From positions 4,230,001 through 4,262,000 of the forward strand of contig NZ_CP011304.1 of the NCBI RefSeq assembly GCF_000981785.2: 32,000 nucleotides of DNA, given 5' to 3'. Source of the DNA: Microcystis aeruginosa NIES-2549 (GTDB lineage Bacteria > Cyanobacteriota > Cyanobacteriia > Cyanobacteriales > Microcystaceae). The notes beneath the pieces were generated by a model. That model ran no database searches and was not told the DNA's origin. It saw nothing but the letters and a program-made list of their open reading frames with translations. Position 1 is the stretch's first letter; each line of letters starts with the position of its first letter. A program made the position numbers and the translations under genes. This document shows, in pieces, positions 19,978-29,549 of this stretch.

Positions 19978-20225
19978 AAACAAAGCGAGGTTGATCAACT
20001 TTGAGGATGCCGATGCAGTGGATGGAATTTGTTTCTCTACCATATATTGGCGATTATAGCAAGGGTTTTGCTGGTTGTATAGATTCAATTAACAAATAAT
20101 TTTAAGCCTGACCATAGATTTTAGTCTATATGTTGACCCAGAAGAACTATCTCCCGTCAAACTGGGGGACTTGCGTTTTGATAATGTACCATTTAAGGCC
20201 GGTCTGATTCTTCTACAGAGCGACG

Positions 20226-20276
20226 GTAGCTTGATTGTTGAATCAAGCTACTATGAGAGTTGATTGATGAATCAAC
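20226..20276. repeat. Two adjacent perfect hairpins sharing the core TTGATT-GWTG-AATCAA
   Basis: gtagcttgatt gttg aatcaagctac (20226-20251) and gttgatt gatg aatcaac (20259-20276), immediately downstream of the PEP-CTERM gene stop. Confidence 0.85.
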
Positions 20277-20286
20277 CTACGGCAAC

Positions 20287-20955
20287 TTATCCCTCGTTCC
20301 GACGACCTTTAACCCCCAGTAAACCCAATCCGAACAGGGACAACGCCGCGATCACACTGGGTTCGGGAGTGCTGGCCACCGGGCCAGTTATCTCGGTTGC
20401 GTTGATCTGGAAACTGTTAAAAGAGCCACCGGGAAAGAAACTCGTTCCACTGTTATTACTAAACTGGGTTCCTGATGACGTGGCGATGCCCGTCGGGGTT
20501 TTGCTAGGAGAAGAGGCGTTCCAGTCGAAACCTCCACTGGTGCTGGCAACGTATAACCAGTATTTAGTACCGGCGGTAAACGTGAGGGGGCTAGTGGGAG
20601 TGAAGGTGTAGTTAAAATTTCCCGCTCCTTGAGGGGTGGGATTGGTGAAACTGGCGAGGACGGTACTGCCCGGATTGCTACCCCCGACATCATTGCGGAT
20701 CTGGACTAGGGGAGTCTCTCCTGTAGCGTAGCCACCGAGTCGCAGGATGGCGTTGTCGAGGCTGTAATTGTTACCCGCGGGCAGGGTAAAGGCGAGCGCT
20801 TTTACGTTGCTGGTGCTAATGCTATTACTATTATTATCATTCGTTTGCGGGAGATTCCCGATCAGAACCGCCGCGCGGACAGGGTTTACCCCCCCCATTA
20901 GTACAAGTGAACTACTAATTCCCGCTAACACCAAAGACATAGATGAGGTTTTCAT
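20287..20955 (-). CDS. PEP-CTERM sorting-domain secreted protein
   Basis: N-terminal signal peptide. C-terminal TPEPSVIAALSLFGLGLLGVKGRR is a PEP motif followed by a TM helix and a basic tail. Confidence 0.8.
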   Translation of the reverse strand: MKTSSMSLVLAGISSSLVLMGGVNPVRAAVLIGNLPQTNDNNSNSISTSNVKALAFTLPAGNNYSLDNAILRLGGYATGETPLVQIRNDVGGSNPGSTVLASFTNPTPQGAGNFNYTFTPTSPLTFTAGTKYWLYVASTSGGFDWNASSPSKTPTGIATSSGTQFSNNSGTSFFPGGSFNSFQINATEITGPVASTPEPSVIAALSLFGLGLLGVKGRRNEG

Positions 20956-21213
20956 GATCTCTAAAAAAGTTCAGAAAGATTGCCTTAATTCTATGGCAGC
21001 TGTCTCTTCTGTTCAAGCATTGATTATTTATCGTTATCATTTACCGTCTGGTATGATATTTAATTCTATAGGGTGTTGACAAAAGGGCTAGAAAGTGGTA
21101 GGCAACATCGGGCAGTTTCTGGTCGTGCCAAGTGCGATTCCTTTAGGGAGAGGGTAATAGATCCTCGGTGGTTGGGTTTCACTCCGTATTAACCCGAAGT
21201 GATGTTTTTTCAT

Positions 21214-21246
21214 AAAAAAAACTCGATCGCATTTAAGTGATCGAGT
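21214..21246 (-). terminator. Rho-independent terminator of groES-groEL
   Basis: actcgatc / gatcgagt 8-bp stem. On the minus strand it is followed by a T8 run. Starts 22 nt after the groEL stop. Confidence 0.8.
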
Positions 21247-21267
21247 CAAGAAAAAACAGACTAATTA

Positions 21268-22902
<1,635 letters not shown>

Positions 22903-22939
22903 TTATTCGTGCAAAATAGGGGTTTTCAAGGGTAGATGA

Positions 22940-23251
22940 TTAGGAAACGGCGGCGAGAATGTCTTTTTCGGAGAGGAGAACGAATTCTTCGCCACCAAGT
23001 TTGATATCGGTTCCGGCATATTTGGAGTAGAGAACTTTGTCACCCACACCTACTTCTACAGGGGTCCGGCTACCGTCATCGTTGCGTTTGCCGGGGCCGA
23101 CGGCCACAACTTCCCCGATTTGGGGTTTTTCTTTAGCGGCATCGGGAAGGAAAATACCACCGGCGGTTTTTTCTTCGCTGGGGCTAACTTTGACGAAAAC
23201 TCGATCGCCTAGGGGTTTAACAGTTGTTACGTTGATGCTGACTGCAGCCAT
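22940..23251 (-). CDS. groES: Co-chaperonin GroES (103 aa; the track ORF is extended upstream to 23305)
   Basis: [22 protein letters not shown]...GGIFLPD..., with GGAGGA 6 nt before the ATG at 23251. Confidence 0.95.
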   Translation of the reverse strand: MAAVSINVTTVKPLGDRVFVKVSPSEEKTAGGIFLPDAAKEKPQIGEVVAVGPGKRNDDGSRTPVEVGVGDKVLYSKYAGTDIKLGGEEFVLLSEKDILAAVS

Positions 23252-23298
23252 GGAATATCCTCCGTTTGTCTTGTATTTTGGTAAGTGCTTTTTCCAGA

Positions 23299-23325
23299 TT
23301 AGCACTCTTACCTTCCGAGTGCTAA
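23299..23325 (-). promoter_or_regulatory. CIRCE operator (HrcA binding site)
   Basis: Perfect TTAGCACTC-N9-GAGTGCTAA. Confidence 0.95.
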
Positions 23326-23353
23326 TTTACCGAAATACGAGGCCCCCTGACAA
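23324..23353 (-). promoter_or_regulatory. Putative groESL promoter (-35 TTGTCA, 18-nt spacer, -10 TAAATT overlapping CIRCE)
   Basis: Read on the minus strand: ttgtca gggggcctcgtatttcgg taaatt agcactc. Confidence 0.55.
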
Positions 23354-23364
23354 CGGCTCGATCG

Positions 23365-23380
23365 GTACGGGTTCCCGAAC
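23365..23380 (-). promoter_or_regulatory. K-box (light- and heat-responsive groE element)
   Basis: The minus strand reads GTTCGG GAAC CCGTAC. This fits the consensus GTTCGG-NNAN-CCNNAC as I recall it from cyanobacterial groE promoters. Confidence 0.6.
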
Positions 23381-23393
23381 TATGGTGTTAAGC

Positions 23394-24015
23394 TAGGGTT
23401 TGCGGCAAAAAGTTTGTTGGTGGGGTTAGGGACTTGCGTAGGAATAATATCCCAGCCAGAAAATCGCTCTGTAGAAGAACCAGACCAGCCAGATGGCGCA
23501 TTATCAAAGCGCAAGTCCCTAACATCTCGAAGGCTCTCCCCCTACTTAGGGTGATCAGCAAACCTGATCGATCGGAGGGCGCAAGCATTGCGCCCCTACA
23601 GTAACGGATTTTGTCCACAATGTAGGGGCGAACTGCGTTCGCCCAAAAGGTACATTATCAAAGCGCAAGTCCCTTAGGAGTCAGTATTCTCCGAGTCAGG
23701 AGAATTAAGAATAAGCATTAATCAATTAAATGCTCTATTTAGGGATTTTAGGCAATTTTATGCCTATTTTTCTCATTTTTGCCCTCTCAAAAATTAATTA
23801 GGGTTTGCTGAATAAATGTGAAATGTAGGCAAGGTAGCGGTTTTGTGGCTTTTCTCGCGAAACAAGTGCAAGATTTTGAGAGAATCGTGCTTCAAAACCT
23901 TGCGTCTTCATCGGCCCGCGTCCTGTAGGGGCGAAGCATTCGGGCAATAACCTATCGGTGAAACCGGAGATTTTCTATCCGAATGCTTCGCCCGTACTTT
24001 TTGCCGCAAACCCTA
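23394..24015. mobile_element. About 620-bp non-coding element bounded by perfect 20-bp terminal inverted repeats, with nested smaller palindromic repeats (MITE cluster)
   Basis: Outer repeats are tagggtttgcggcaaaaagt (23394-23413) and actttttgccgcaaacccta (23996-24015). Internal repeats: ttagggacttgcg / cgcaagtccctaa; a direct repeat cattatcaaagcgcaagtccct x2; and three TGTAGGGGCG-type hairpins. Confidence 0.75.
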
Positions 24016-24050
24016 CTTATGCAAGAACTCTAGTGTAAGCTGTTGTGCAA

Positions 24051-24093
24051 AAACAAAGGAGTTGAGCGGAAACACTCAACTCCTTTGTTTTTT
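24051..24093. terminator. Bidirectional rho-independent terminator (serves curT on the minus strand)
   Basis: Perfect 16-bp stem aaacaaaggagttgag / ctcaactcctttgttt with an 8-nt loop and T-runs on both strands. Lies 15 nt after the curT stop. Confidence 0.85.
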
Positions 24094-24107
24094 ATGCTTG
24101 ATTCTAT

Positions 24108-24536
24108 CTATAAAGTGTTATTGTGACTGCCAAAAACCTGCGCTTTTAGTGCATCAATTTCGGCTAATAACTCGCGGCGATTTTCATCTTTGAGCAGATA
24201 GCGCCAGACAAACCAACCAGTATAAACGATCCCAACTAATTGTAGGATAGGAGCAAGGAGGGGAATATCATCGATCGCATCTAAAACCGCAAGGGTAACT
24301 TTCACGGTGACAAAACTCGCTAAAATTGCCCCCAGAACGATTAAAGGTTTTTTGTATCCAGAGAAGAAACTACCGATATAATCGGGGACATTAGCCAGAT
24401 AGGACATCACCGAATCCCAAACGGGTTCTACATATTCAGACCAAATCTGTTCGGTGCTGCTGCTGGGTTTGCTCAGAGAGCCGGGTAAATCTGTTCTAAT
24501 CGGATTTTTGGTCTCGGTCGGTTGCATTGATTCCAT
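24108..24536 (-). CDS. curT: CAAD-domain thylakoid membrane protein, CURT1/CurT homologue
   Basis: Two TM helices plus an amphipathic tail: PLIVLGAILASFVTVKVTLAVLDAIDDIPLLAPILQLVGIVYTGWFVWRYLL...ELLAEIDALK. Confidence 0.75.
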   Translation of the reverse strand: MESMQPTETKNPIRTDLPGSLSKPSSSTEQIWSEYVEPVWDSVMSYLANVPDYIGSFFSGYKKPLIVLGAILASFVTVKVTLAVLDAIDDIPLLAPILQLVGIVYTGWFVWRYLLKDENRRELLAEIDALKAQVFGSHNNTL

Positions 24537-24778
24537 ATTAACTGATCCTCATCATAAAGGTTAGACAGTGCGCGAATACGACCAACGGGGGTCAATTTTA
24601 ACAGACTGAATAGACTAACTCGCTGTTGCCCATATTATCGGATAATTTCGATAGTAGGCGGAAAGTTTCTCAACAACTATTAAGAATCAAGGATTTAGCT
24701 TCTCAATTTTATCGTCAGTCTGACCGCAATTCTCTATTCTAACAGCAGGTAGCGATCGGAGTTGAGGAATCGGGGGGT

Positions 24779-24813
24779 CAGTTATCAGTGAACAGTAATC
24801 AGTTATCAGTGGG
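24779..24813. repeat. Heptamer array CAGTTAT CAGTGAA CAGTAAT CAGTTAT CAGTGGG
   Basis: Read directly. Confidence 0.9.
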
Positions 24814-24833
24814 GAGATAGGGAGAAAAAAGCC

Positions 24834-24913
24834 GGTGGGTTACGGCGAATACTCAATTTTTAGTGAGAGTATAACTTATTTTCGCCGCACCCACCCTACA
24901 GATGATTACCTAT
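24834..24913. repeat. 80-nt repeat unit, copy 1 (palindromic GGTGGGTTACGGCGAA...TTCGCCGCACCCACC plus ctacagatgattacctat)
   Basis: Direct comparison with copy 2. Confidence 0.85.
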
Positions 24914-24923
24914 GTGCTGATCT

Positions 24924-25110
24924 GGTGGGTTACGGCGAATACTCAATTTTTAGTCAGAGTATAACTTATTTTCGCCTAACCCACCCTACTGGATTGTTTC
25001 AGCTAATTTGGTGTATTAGAAAAATGCTAGAAATTCTATAATCTAAGACTTTAAGCCGAAATCTATTGCCCTATTTTAGCTGAAACAGTCCACTACAGAT
25101 GATTACCTAT
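24924..25110. repeat. Repeat unit, copy 2, interrupted by a 103-bp MITE; its last 4 nt overlap the pcrA stop codon
   Basis: Collinear with copy 1 (about 3 substitutions, 1-nt length difference in the right palindrome arm) once 24990-25092 and one copy of CTAC are removed. Confidence 0.85.
24990..25092. mobile_element. 103-bp MITE with 14-bp terminal inverted repeats and a 4-bp target-site duplication
   Basis: Terminal repeats tggattgtttcagc / gctgaaacagtcca (13 of 14). CTAC is duplicated at 24986-24989 and 25093-25096. The uninterrupted target is seen in copy 1 (ccctacagatg). Confidence 0.8.
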
Positions 25111-27428
25111 TCGTGGATAAGTTGCATGGGTGCGGTGCGAGGATCGATGATTTTCTGACCTAAACCCGAAAATTTGACCGCTAGATTCATTTTTTTGCCC
25201 GCACCGAGGATATGGGTCACTTCTCCTTCTCCAAAAGTAGAGTGTAACACTCGATCGCCTACCTGCCATTTTCTTTGATTAGAGGCGGTTGTTTGAATGG
25301 GAACCACTTTTGGGGTCTTTTTCGGTTTCAGGTTGCTTGTGAGCAATTCTGGTGGCAATTCCTGCAAAAATTGGGAAGCTACCTTCGTCTCTTTATTCCC
25401 CCAGACATATCTTTCTTTTGCGTAGGTTAAAAATAATTGTTCCTTGGCCCGAGTTACTCCCACATAACACAAACGGCGTTCTTCCTCAAGGGCAATGGGA
25501 TCGTTTAAACTACGATTATGGGGAAAAATGCCCTGTTCTAAACCGACTAAAAAGACGATAGGAAACTCTAAACCTTTGGCGGAATGAAGGGTCATTAAGG
25601 AGACTTTTTCTTGACCTTCCTGAAGATTATCTAAGTCCGAGGCTAAACTAGCATTAGCGAGAAATTCCTGGAGATTGGTTTCTTCGTTTTCCTCTTGGAA
25701 TTGTACCACGGCGCTATACAATTCTTGAATATTCTCGATGCGGGTATCAGCTTCCTCGGTTCCTTGCTGTTTTAATTCATCAATATATCCCGAATCTTCC
25801 ATGATTTTATCTAAAATTTCACTAGCGGATAAATCGGTGATTTTTTCTTGCAGGTTTTGGATAATTTTAGCTAACTTATTGATGCTTTTAGTGGCACGAC
25901 CGGCGAGAGTATTAACGGAAGTTTCATCGCTGATAATTTCCCATAAAGGTACTCCTAATTCTTGGGCAGCTTTGAGCAAATTATCGATTGTGGTTTTACC
26001 GATACCGCGCCGGGGAGTGTTAATAATTCTCAGTAAACTAACGGTATCGGCAGGATTGGCAATCACTCGCAAATAAGCGATCGCATCTTTAATCTCCTGT
26101 CGATCATAAAATTTAAATCCCCCGACAATATTATAGGGAATATTATTGCGAATTAACGTATCTTCAAAGGGACGAGATTGGGCATTAATTCGGTAGAGAA
26201 TGGCAAAACTGCCCCAATTTAATTCGGGGTTTTCTTGGGTAAATTCTCGAATTTTATCGATAACAAAAGATGCTTCTTCCTGTTCATCTCTGGCTTTAAA
26301 AACATAGATACTCTCGCCCCCTTCCCTAGTAGGAACAAGGACTTTATCAATTCTTTGACTATTGTTTTCAATTAATTTATTTGCCGCTTGTAGAATATTC
26401 TCGCGTGAACGATAGTTTTCCTGTAGTTTCACCATCGTGCGAGTATCGTCATCGGGTAAACCATCGCCAAAGTCCGCTTGAAAATTGAGCAGAATAGTAA
26501 AATCTGCCATCCGAAAACTATAGATAGATTGGTCGGCATCACCCACCACAAAAATCGATCGATCCGTCCAATTCCACTCACTTTTTTTCGTTTCACCATT
26601 GGTGGACAAAAGCCGAATTAACTCGTACTGAATCTGGTTAGTATCTTGGTATTCATCGACTAAAATATGCTTAAATTGCGTATGCCAATAACCGAGAATA
26701 GACTCATTTTGCTGAAAAAGACGGACTGGAACCAGTATCAAATCATCAAAATCTAGGGCATTATTTTGGGCTAATTGCATCTGATAAGCCTGATAAACCT
26801 CAGAAATGACCTTTCCCCGAAAATGAGGGTTTTCTCTGGCGTAATCCCTGGGAGTTAACCCTAAGTTTTTGGCATTACTAATCGCATAACGTAGATTGCG
26901 AGCATCAAATTTTTTATCGTCTAAATTCATCTGTTTAGTGACGATATTTTTCACTAAACTTTGGGCATCAGATTCGTCCATAATTGAAAAATTCCTTTGC
27001 CAACTATGACCATATTCATCCTGATATTTATTAATGTCATAGCGCAAAATCCGACCGCAAAGACTGTGAAAAGTCCCGATCCAGAGTTTTTTAGTATAAT
27101 TCCGATAAACTTGAGAAAAGAGTTTTTTCTGTTCGTATTCTTCTAAAAGTTCTAATCTTTGACCGTATTTTTCCTGTGCCTTCTGTTGAGCAAAAGTTTT
27201 TTCAATTCTCGTTTTCATTTCCCGGGCTGCCTTATTGGTAAAAGTGACCGCGAGAATATTTTCTGGATCGACCCCGTGATGACGGATCAAATGGGCGATA
27301 CGATAGGTTAAAGCGCTGGTTTTTCCCGATCCTGCCCCAGCAACCACCAACAGGGGGCCGCAAAAATGCTCGACAGCAAGGCGCTGAGAAGGATTGAGTT
27401 GTTCTAAATAATCGGCTGTGACTGTCAT
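25107..27428 (-). CDS. pcrA: ATP-dependent DNA helicase, UvrD/PcrA family
   Basis: Walker A AGAGSGKT, plus [26 protein letters not shown], LxxNYRS and [10 protein letters not shown] motifs. Confidence 0.93.
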   Translation of the reverse strand: MTVTADYLEQLNPSQRLAVEHFCGPLLVVAGAGSGKTSALTYRIAHLIRHHGVDPENILAVTFTNKAAREMKTRIEKTFAQQKAQEKYGQRLELLEEYEQKKLFSQVYRNYTKKLWIGTFHSLCGRILRYDINKYQDEYGHSWQRNFSIMDESDAQSLVKNIVTKQMNLDDKKFDARNLRYAISNAKNLGLTPRDYARENPHFRGKVISEVYQAYQMQLAQNNALDFDDLILVPVRLFQQNESILGYWHTQFKHILVDEYQDTNQIQYELIRLLSTNGETKKSEWNWTDRSIFVVGDADQSIYSFRMADFTILLNFQADFGDGLPDDDTRTMVKLQENYRSRENILQAANKLIENNSQRIDKVLVPTREGGESIYVFKARDEQEEASFVIDKIREFTQENPELNWGSFAILYRINAQSRPFEDTLIRNNIPYNIVGGFKFYDRQEIKDAIAYLRVIANPADTVSLLRIINTPRRGIGKTTIDNLLKAAQELGVPLWEIISDETSVNTLAGRATKSINKLAKIIQNLQEKITDLSASEILDKIMEDSGYIDELKQQGTEEADTRIENIQELYSAVVQFQEENEETNLQEFLANASLASDLDNLQEGQEKVSLMTLHSAKGLEFPIVFLVGLEQGIFPHNRSLNDPIALEEERRLCYVGVTRAKEQLFLTYAKERYVWGNKETKVASQFLQELPPELLTSNLKPKKTPKVVPIQTTASNQRKWQVGDRVLHSTFGEGEVTHILGAGKKMNLAVKFSGLGQKIIDPRTAPMQLIHE

Positions 27429-27579
27429 AATCTTTCCATATAGCTCTGCGACCTCTATTAATCAGGCTACATCATCGAGACGGGGATCGGGCATTAGTCA
27501 ACCCCTTCCAGAGATAAAAATTTTTTTGGCTAGTTTGTTTCAAATCGCTCAAGATTCTAAGTTGTCATCTACAATGGAA

Positions 27580-27650
27580 TTAGCGGAGACGCAAGTTTCC
27601 GTTCACTCCTCACACCACACTCCGTCCGGACAATGTTCGGGCGGTTTCTT
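27580..27650 (+). ncRNA. yfr1: Yfr1 small regulatory RNA
   Basis: Stem-loop 1 is cggagac GCAA gtttccg (27584-27601). It is followed by single-stranded ttcACTCCTCACACcacact, with the exact Yfr1 motif at 27605-27615. Stem-loop 2 is ccgtccgga caatg ttcgggcgg (27622-27644), followed by tttctt. A TACAAT -10 box lies at 27570-27575. Confidence 0.85.
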
Positions 27651-27753
27651 ATGGAAAATATTCGATCTCTACAAATTCCCTGTTACACTGTATGATCAAA
27701 GATTTCCGAGAATCTTTTCATGTTCAAATGTACTACTATGTGAGGGACATCAC

Positions 27754-29004
27754 TTGTCTAAACGTTATTTGTTCACCTCCGAATCGGTTACAGAGGGACA
27801 TCCCGATAAAATTTGTGACCAGATTTCTGATACCATTCTCGATGCTCTGTTATCCCAAGATGACCACAGTCGTGTAGCGGCTGAAGTGGTTGTCAATACA
27901 GGGTTAGTCTTGATTACCGGTGAAATCACCTCGAAAGCGCAAGTTCATTTCGTCAATTTAGTTCGCAGTAAAATCGCTGAAATCGGTTATATCAACGCAG
28001 ATAACGGATTTTCCTCGAATAGTTGCACCGTTTTAGTCGCTTTAGACGAACAATCTCCCGATATTTCCCAGGGTGTCACGGCTGCTCAGGAAAATCGCGA
28101 ACTTCTCAGTAATGATGAACTCGATAAAATTGGTGCGGGAGACCAGGGTATTGTCTTCGGTTTCGCTTGCAATGAAACCCCCGAATTTATGCCCTTACCG
28201 ATTAGTTTAGCCCACCGCATCGCTCGCCGTTTAGCGGCAGTCAGAAAAACGGGTGAACTGTCCTATCTGCGTCCCGACGGTAAAACGCAAGTATCGGTCA
28301 TTTATGAAGATGGTCGTCCCGTGGGTATCGATACTATCCTTGTTTCTACCCAACACGATGCCACTATCGGCGATATCACCGATAATGATCTCGTCCAACA
28401 AAAGATTAAAAGTGATCTCTGGGAAGCAGTAGTACAACCGGTCTTCAGCGATTTAGAAATTAAACCCGATGCCAATACCCGTTATCTGGTTAATCCCACT
28501 GGAAAATTCGTCATTGGTGGACCCCAAGGCGACGCGGGATTAACGGGACGGAAAATTATCGTCGATACCTACGGTGGCTATTCTCGTCACGGTGGCGGTG
28601 CTTTCTCCGGTAAGGATCCTACCAAAGTTGATCGCTCCGCGGCCTATGCTTGCCGTTATGTGGCCAAAAATATCGTCGCTGCTGGTTTGGCCGATAAGTG
28701 CGAGATTCAAGTGGGTTATGCGATTGGGGTAGCTCGTCCGGTGAGTGTCTTCGTGGAAACCTTTGGCACTGGCAAAGTCGCCGATGATGTGATTCTGGAC
28801 TTAATCAATAAATACTTTGAACTCCGTCCGGCCGGTATTATCCAAACCTTTAACCTGCGCGGTTTACCCAGTGAAAGAGGCGAGCGTTTTTACCAAGATG
28901 TAGCCGCTTATGGTCATTTTGGTCGCAATGATCTCGATTTACCCTGGGAACAAACCGATAAAGCCGCTATCCTCAAAGAAGCTTTGACTTCTGCGGTGGT
29001 ATAG
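27754..29004 (+). CDS. metK: S-adenosylmethionine synthetase (TTG start; the track ORF is spuriously extended to 27418)
   Basis: Homology starts at (M)[31 protein letters not shown] sits 6 nt before the TTG at 27754. GAGDQG and [11 protein letters not shown] motifs are present. Confidence 0.93.
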   Translation: MSKRYLFTSESVTEGHPDKICDQISDTILDALLSQDDHSRVAAEVVVNTGLVLITGEITSKAQVHFVNLVRSKIAEIGYINADNGFSSNSCTVLVALDEQSPDISQGVTAAQENRELLSNDELDKIGAGDQGIVFGFACNETPEFMPLPISLAHRIARRLAAVRKTGELSYLRPDGKTQVSVIYEDGRPVGIDTILVSTQHDATIGDITDNDLVQQKIKSDLWEAVVQPVFSDLEIKPDANTRYLVNPTGKFVIGGPQGDAGLTGRKIIVDTYGGYSRHGGGAFSGKDPTKVDRSAAYACRYVAKNIVAAGLADKCEIQVGYAIGVARPVSVFVETFGTGKVADDVILDLINKYFELRPAGIIQTFNLRGLPSERGERFYQDVAAYGHFGRNDLDLPWEQTDKAAILKEALTSAVV

Positions 29005-29032
29005 GGTTAAAAATTAACTGAAAATTTTGATT

Positions 29033-29065
29033 CAGGAATAGAGTTTCAGGCTCTATTCCTTTTTT
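29033..29065 (+). terminator. Rho-independent terminator of metK
   Basis: aggaatagag / ctctattcct 10-bp stem with a 7-nt loop, followed by T6-7. Confidence 0.85.
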
Positions 29066-29218
29066 ATACTAAATTCGTTGAGTATAGGCTACTTATGAGA
29101 AGAGGCAAAAGCGGGAATAAATAATCAGATTTTCTAACCTGAAGATTAATCTTCAGTTTGCTAGGCTAAAATCCGAAAGAATAACCAATTTTTAGCTCTA
29201 ATTGACTTTGATCATTGC

Positions 29219-29417
29219 TATAGTCATTTCAGATAAGTCTGATAAGCTGCCCGCGCATTTAAATTGCTTGTTGAGACGAGGCAAGAGGCACTCTTGCACT
29301 CTTGCAACAGTAAAGGGATTGGGGGAGAGTCGGCTAATCTAAGAATAAGCGGTTTAAATGCGTCTTAGCTTACAATCTAGACCGATGAAATTCTCAATCT
29401 TAATTGAAATGACTATA
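29219..29417. repeat. About 200-bp nested inverted-repeat element (MITE-like or structured RNA)
   Basis: Outer pair tatagtcatttca / tgaaatgactata. Inner pairs cgcatttaaa / tttaaatgcg and taagct / agctta. Central gcaagag gca ctcttgc hairpin. Confidence 0.6.
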
Positions 29418-29500
29418 TCGATTGAAACACCACTTTCTAGGGAAAGTTGACCGATTTTGAGCATTATTTTTGCTTCTTAATCCTATCGTTACCCTATTAT

Positions 29501-29536
29501 AAAATCTCCCCCCGACTGGAGAATCAAGGGGGGGGA
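29501..29536 (-). terminator. Terminator of the cpcS-like gene
   Basis: C-run / G-run stem (tctcccccc ... ggggggga) with a 14-nt loop. On the minus strand it is followed by ttttat. Lies 14 nt after the stop. Confidence 0.6.
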
Positions 29537-29549
29537 AAGAAATATTTTT

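Noticed and set aside
20264-20693. 115-aa + strand ORF and 101-aa alternative-frame ORF overlapping the PEP-CTERM gene
   Set aside because: The 222-aa minus-strand frame has both a signal peptide and a PEP-CTERM anchor. The overlapping frames are Pro/Val/Leu-rich translations of the same GC-rich repeats.
23388-23618. 76-aa track ORF (minus strand)
   Set aside because: It sits inside the nested MITE cluster and spans several repeat boundaries. It has no ribosome-binding site or recognisable motif.
24835-25041. 68-aa track ORF
   Set aside because: It lies entirely inside the duplicated palindromic units and the MITE, and its internal amino-acid repeat simply mirrors the DNA duplication.
24834-25110. 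Repeat-spacer-repeat appearance (a possible CRISPR)
   Set aside because: There are only two copies of an 80-nt unit, separated by 10 nt. The units are internally palindromic and MITE-like, and there are no cas genes.
27418-27753. The first 112 codons of the 528-aa track ORF upstream of metK
   Set aside because: MetK homology begins only at [18 protein letters not shown], where a TTG with a GAGGGA ribosome-binding site is available. The extension overlaps the divergent pcrA start, runs through the Yfr1 sRNA and its terminator, and has no protein-like features.
27651-27753. Possible SAM riboswitch in the metK leader
   Set aside because: Only about 100 nt remain after the Yfr1 terminator, and I could not recognise any SAM-I, II, IV, V, VI or SAM/SAH core motif. 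Weak hairpins only.
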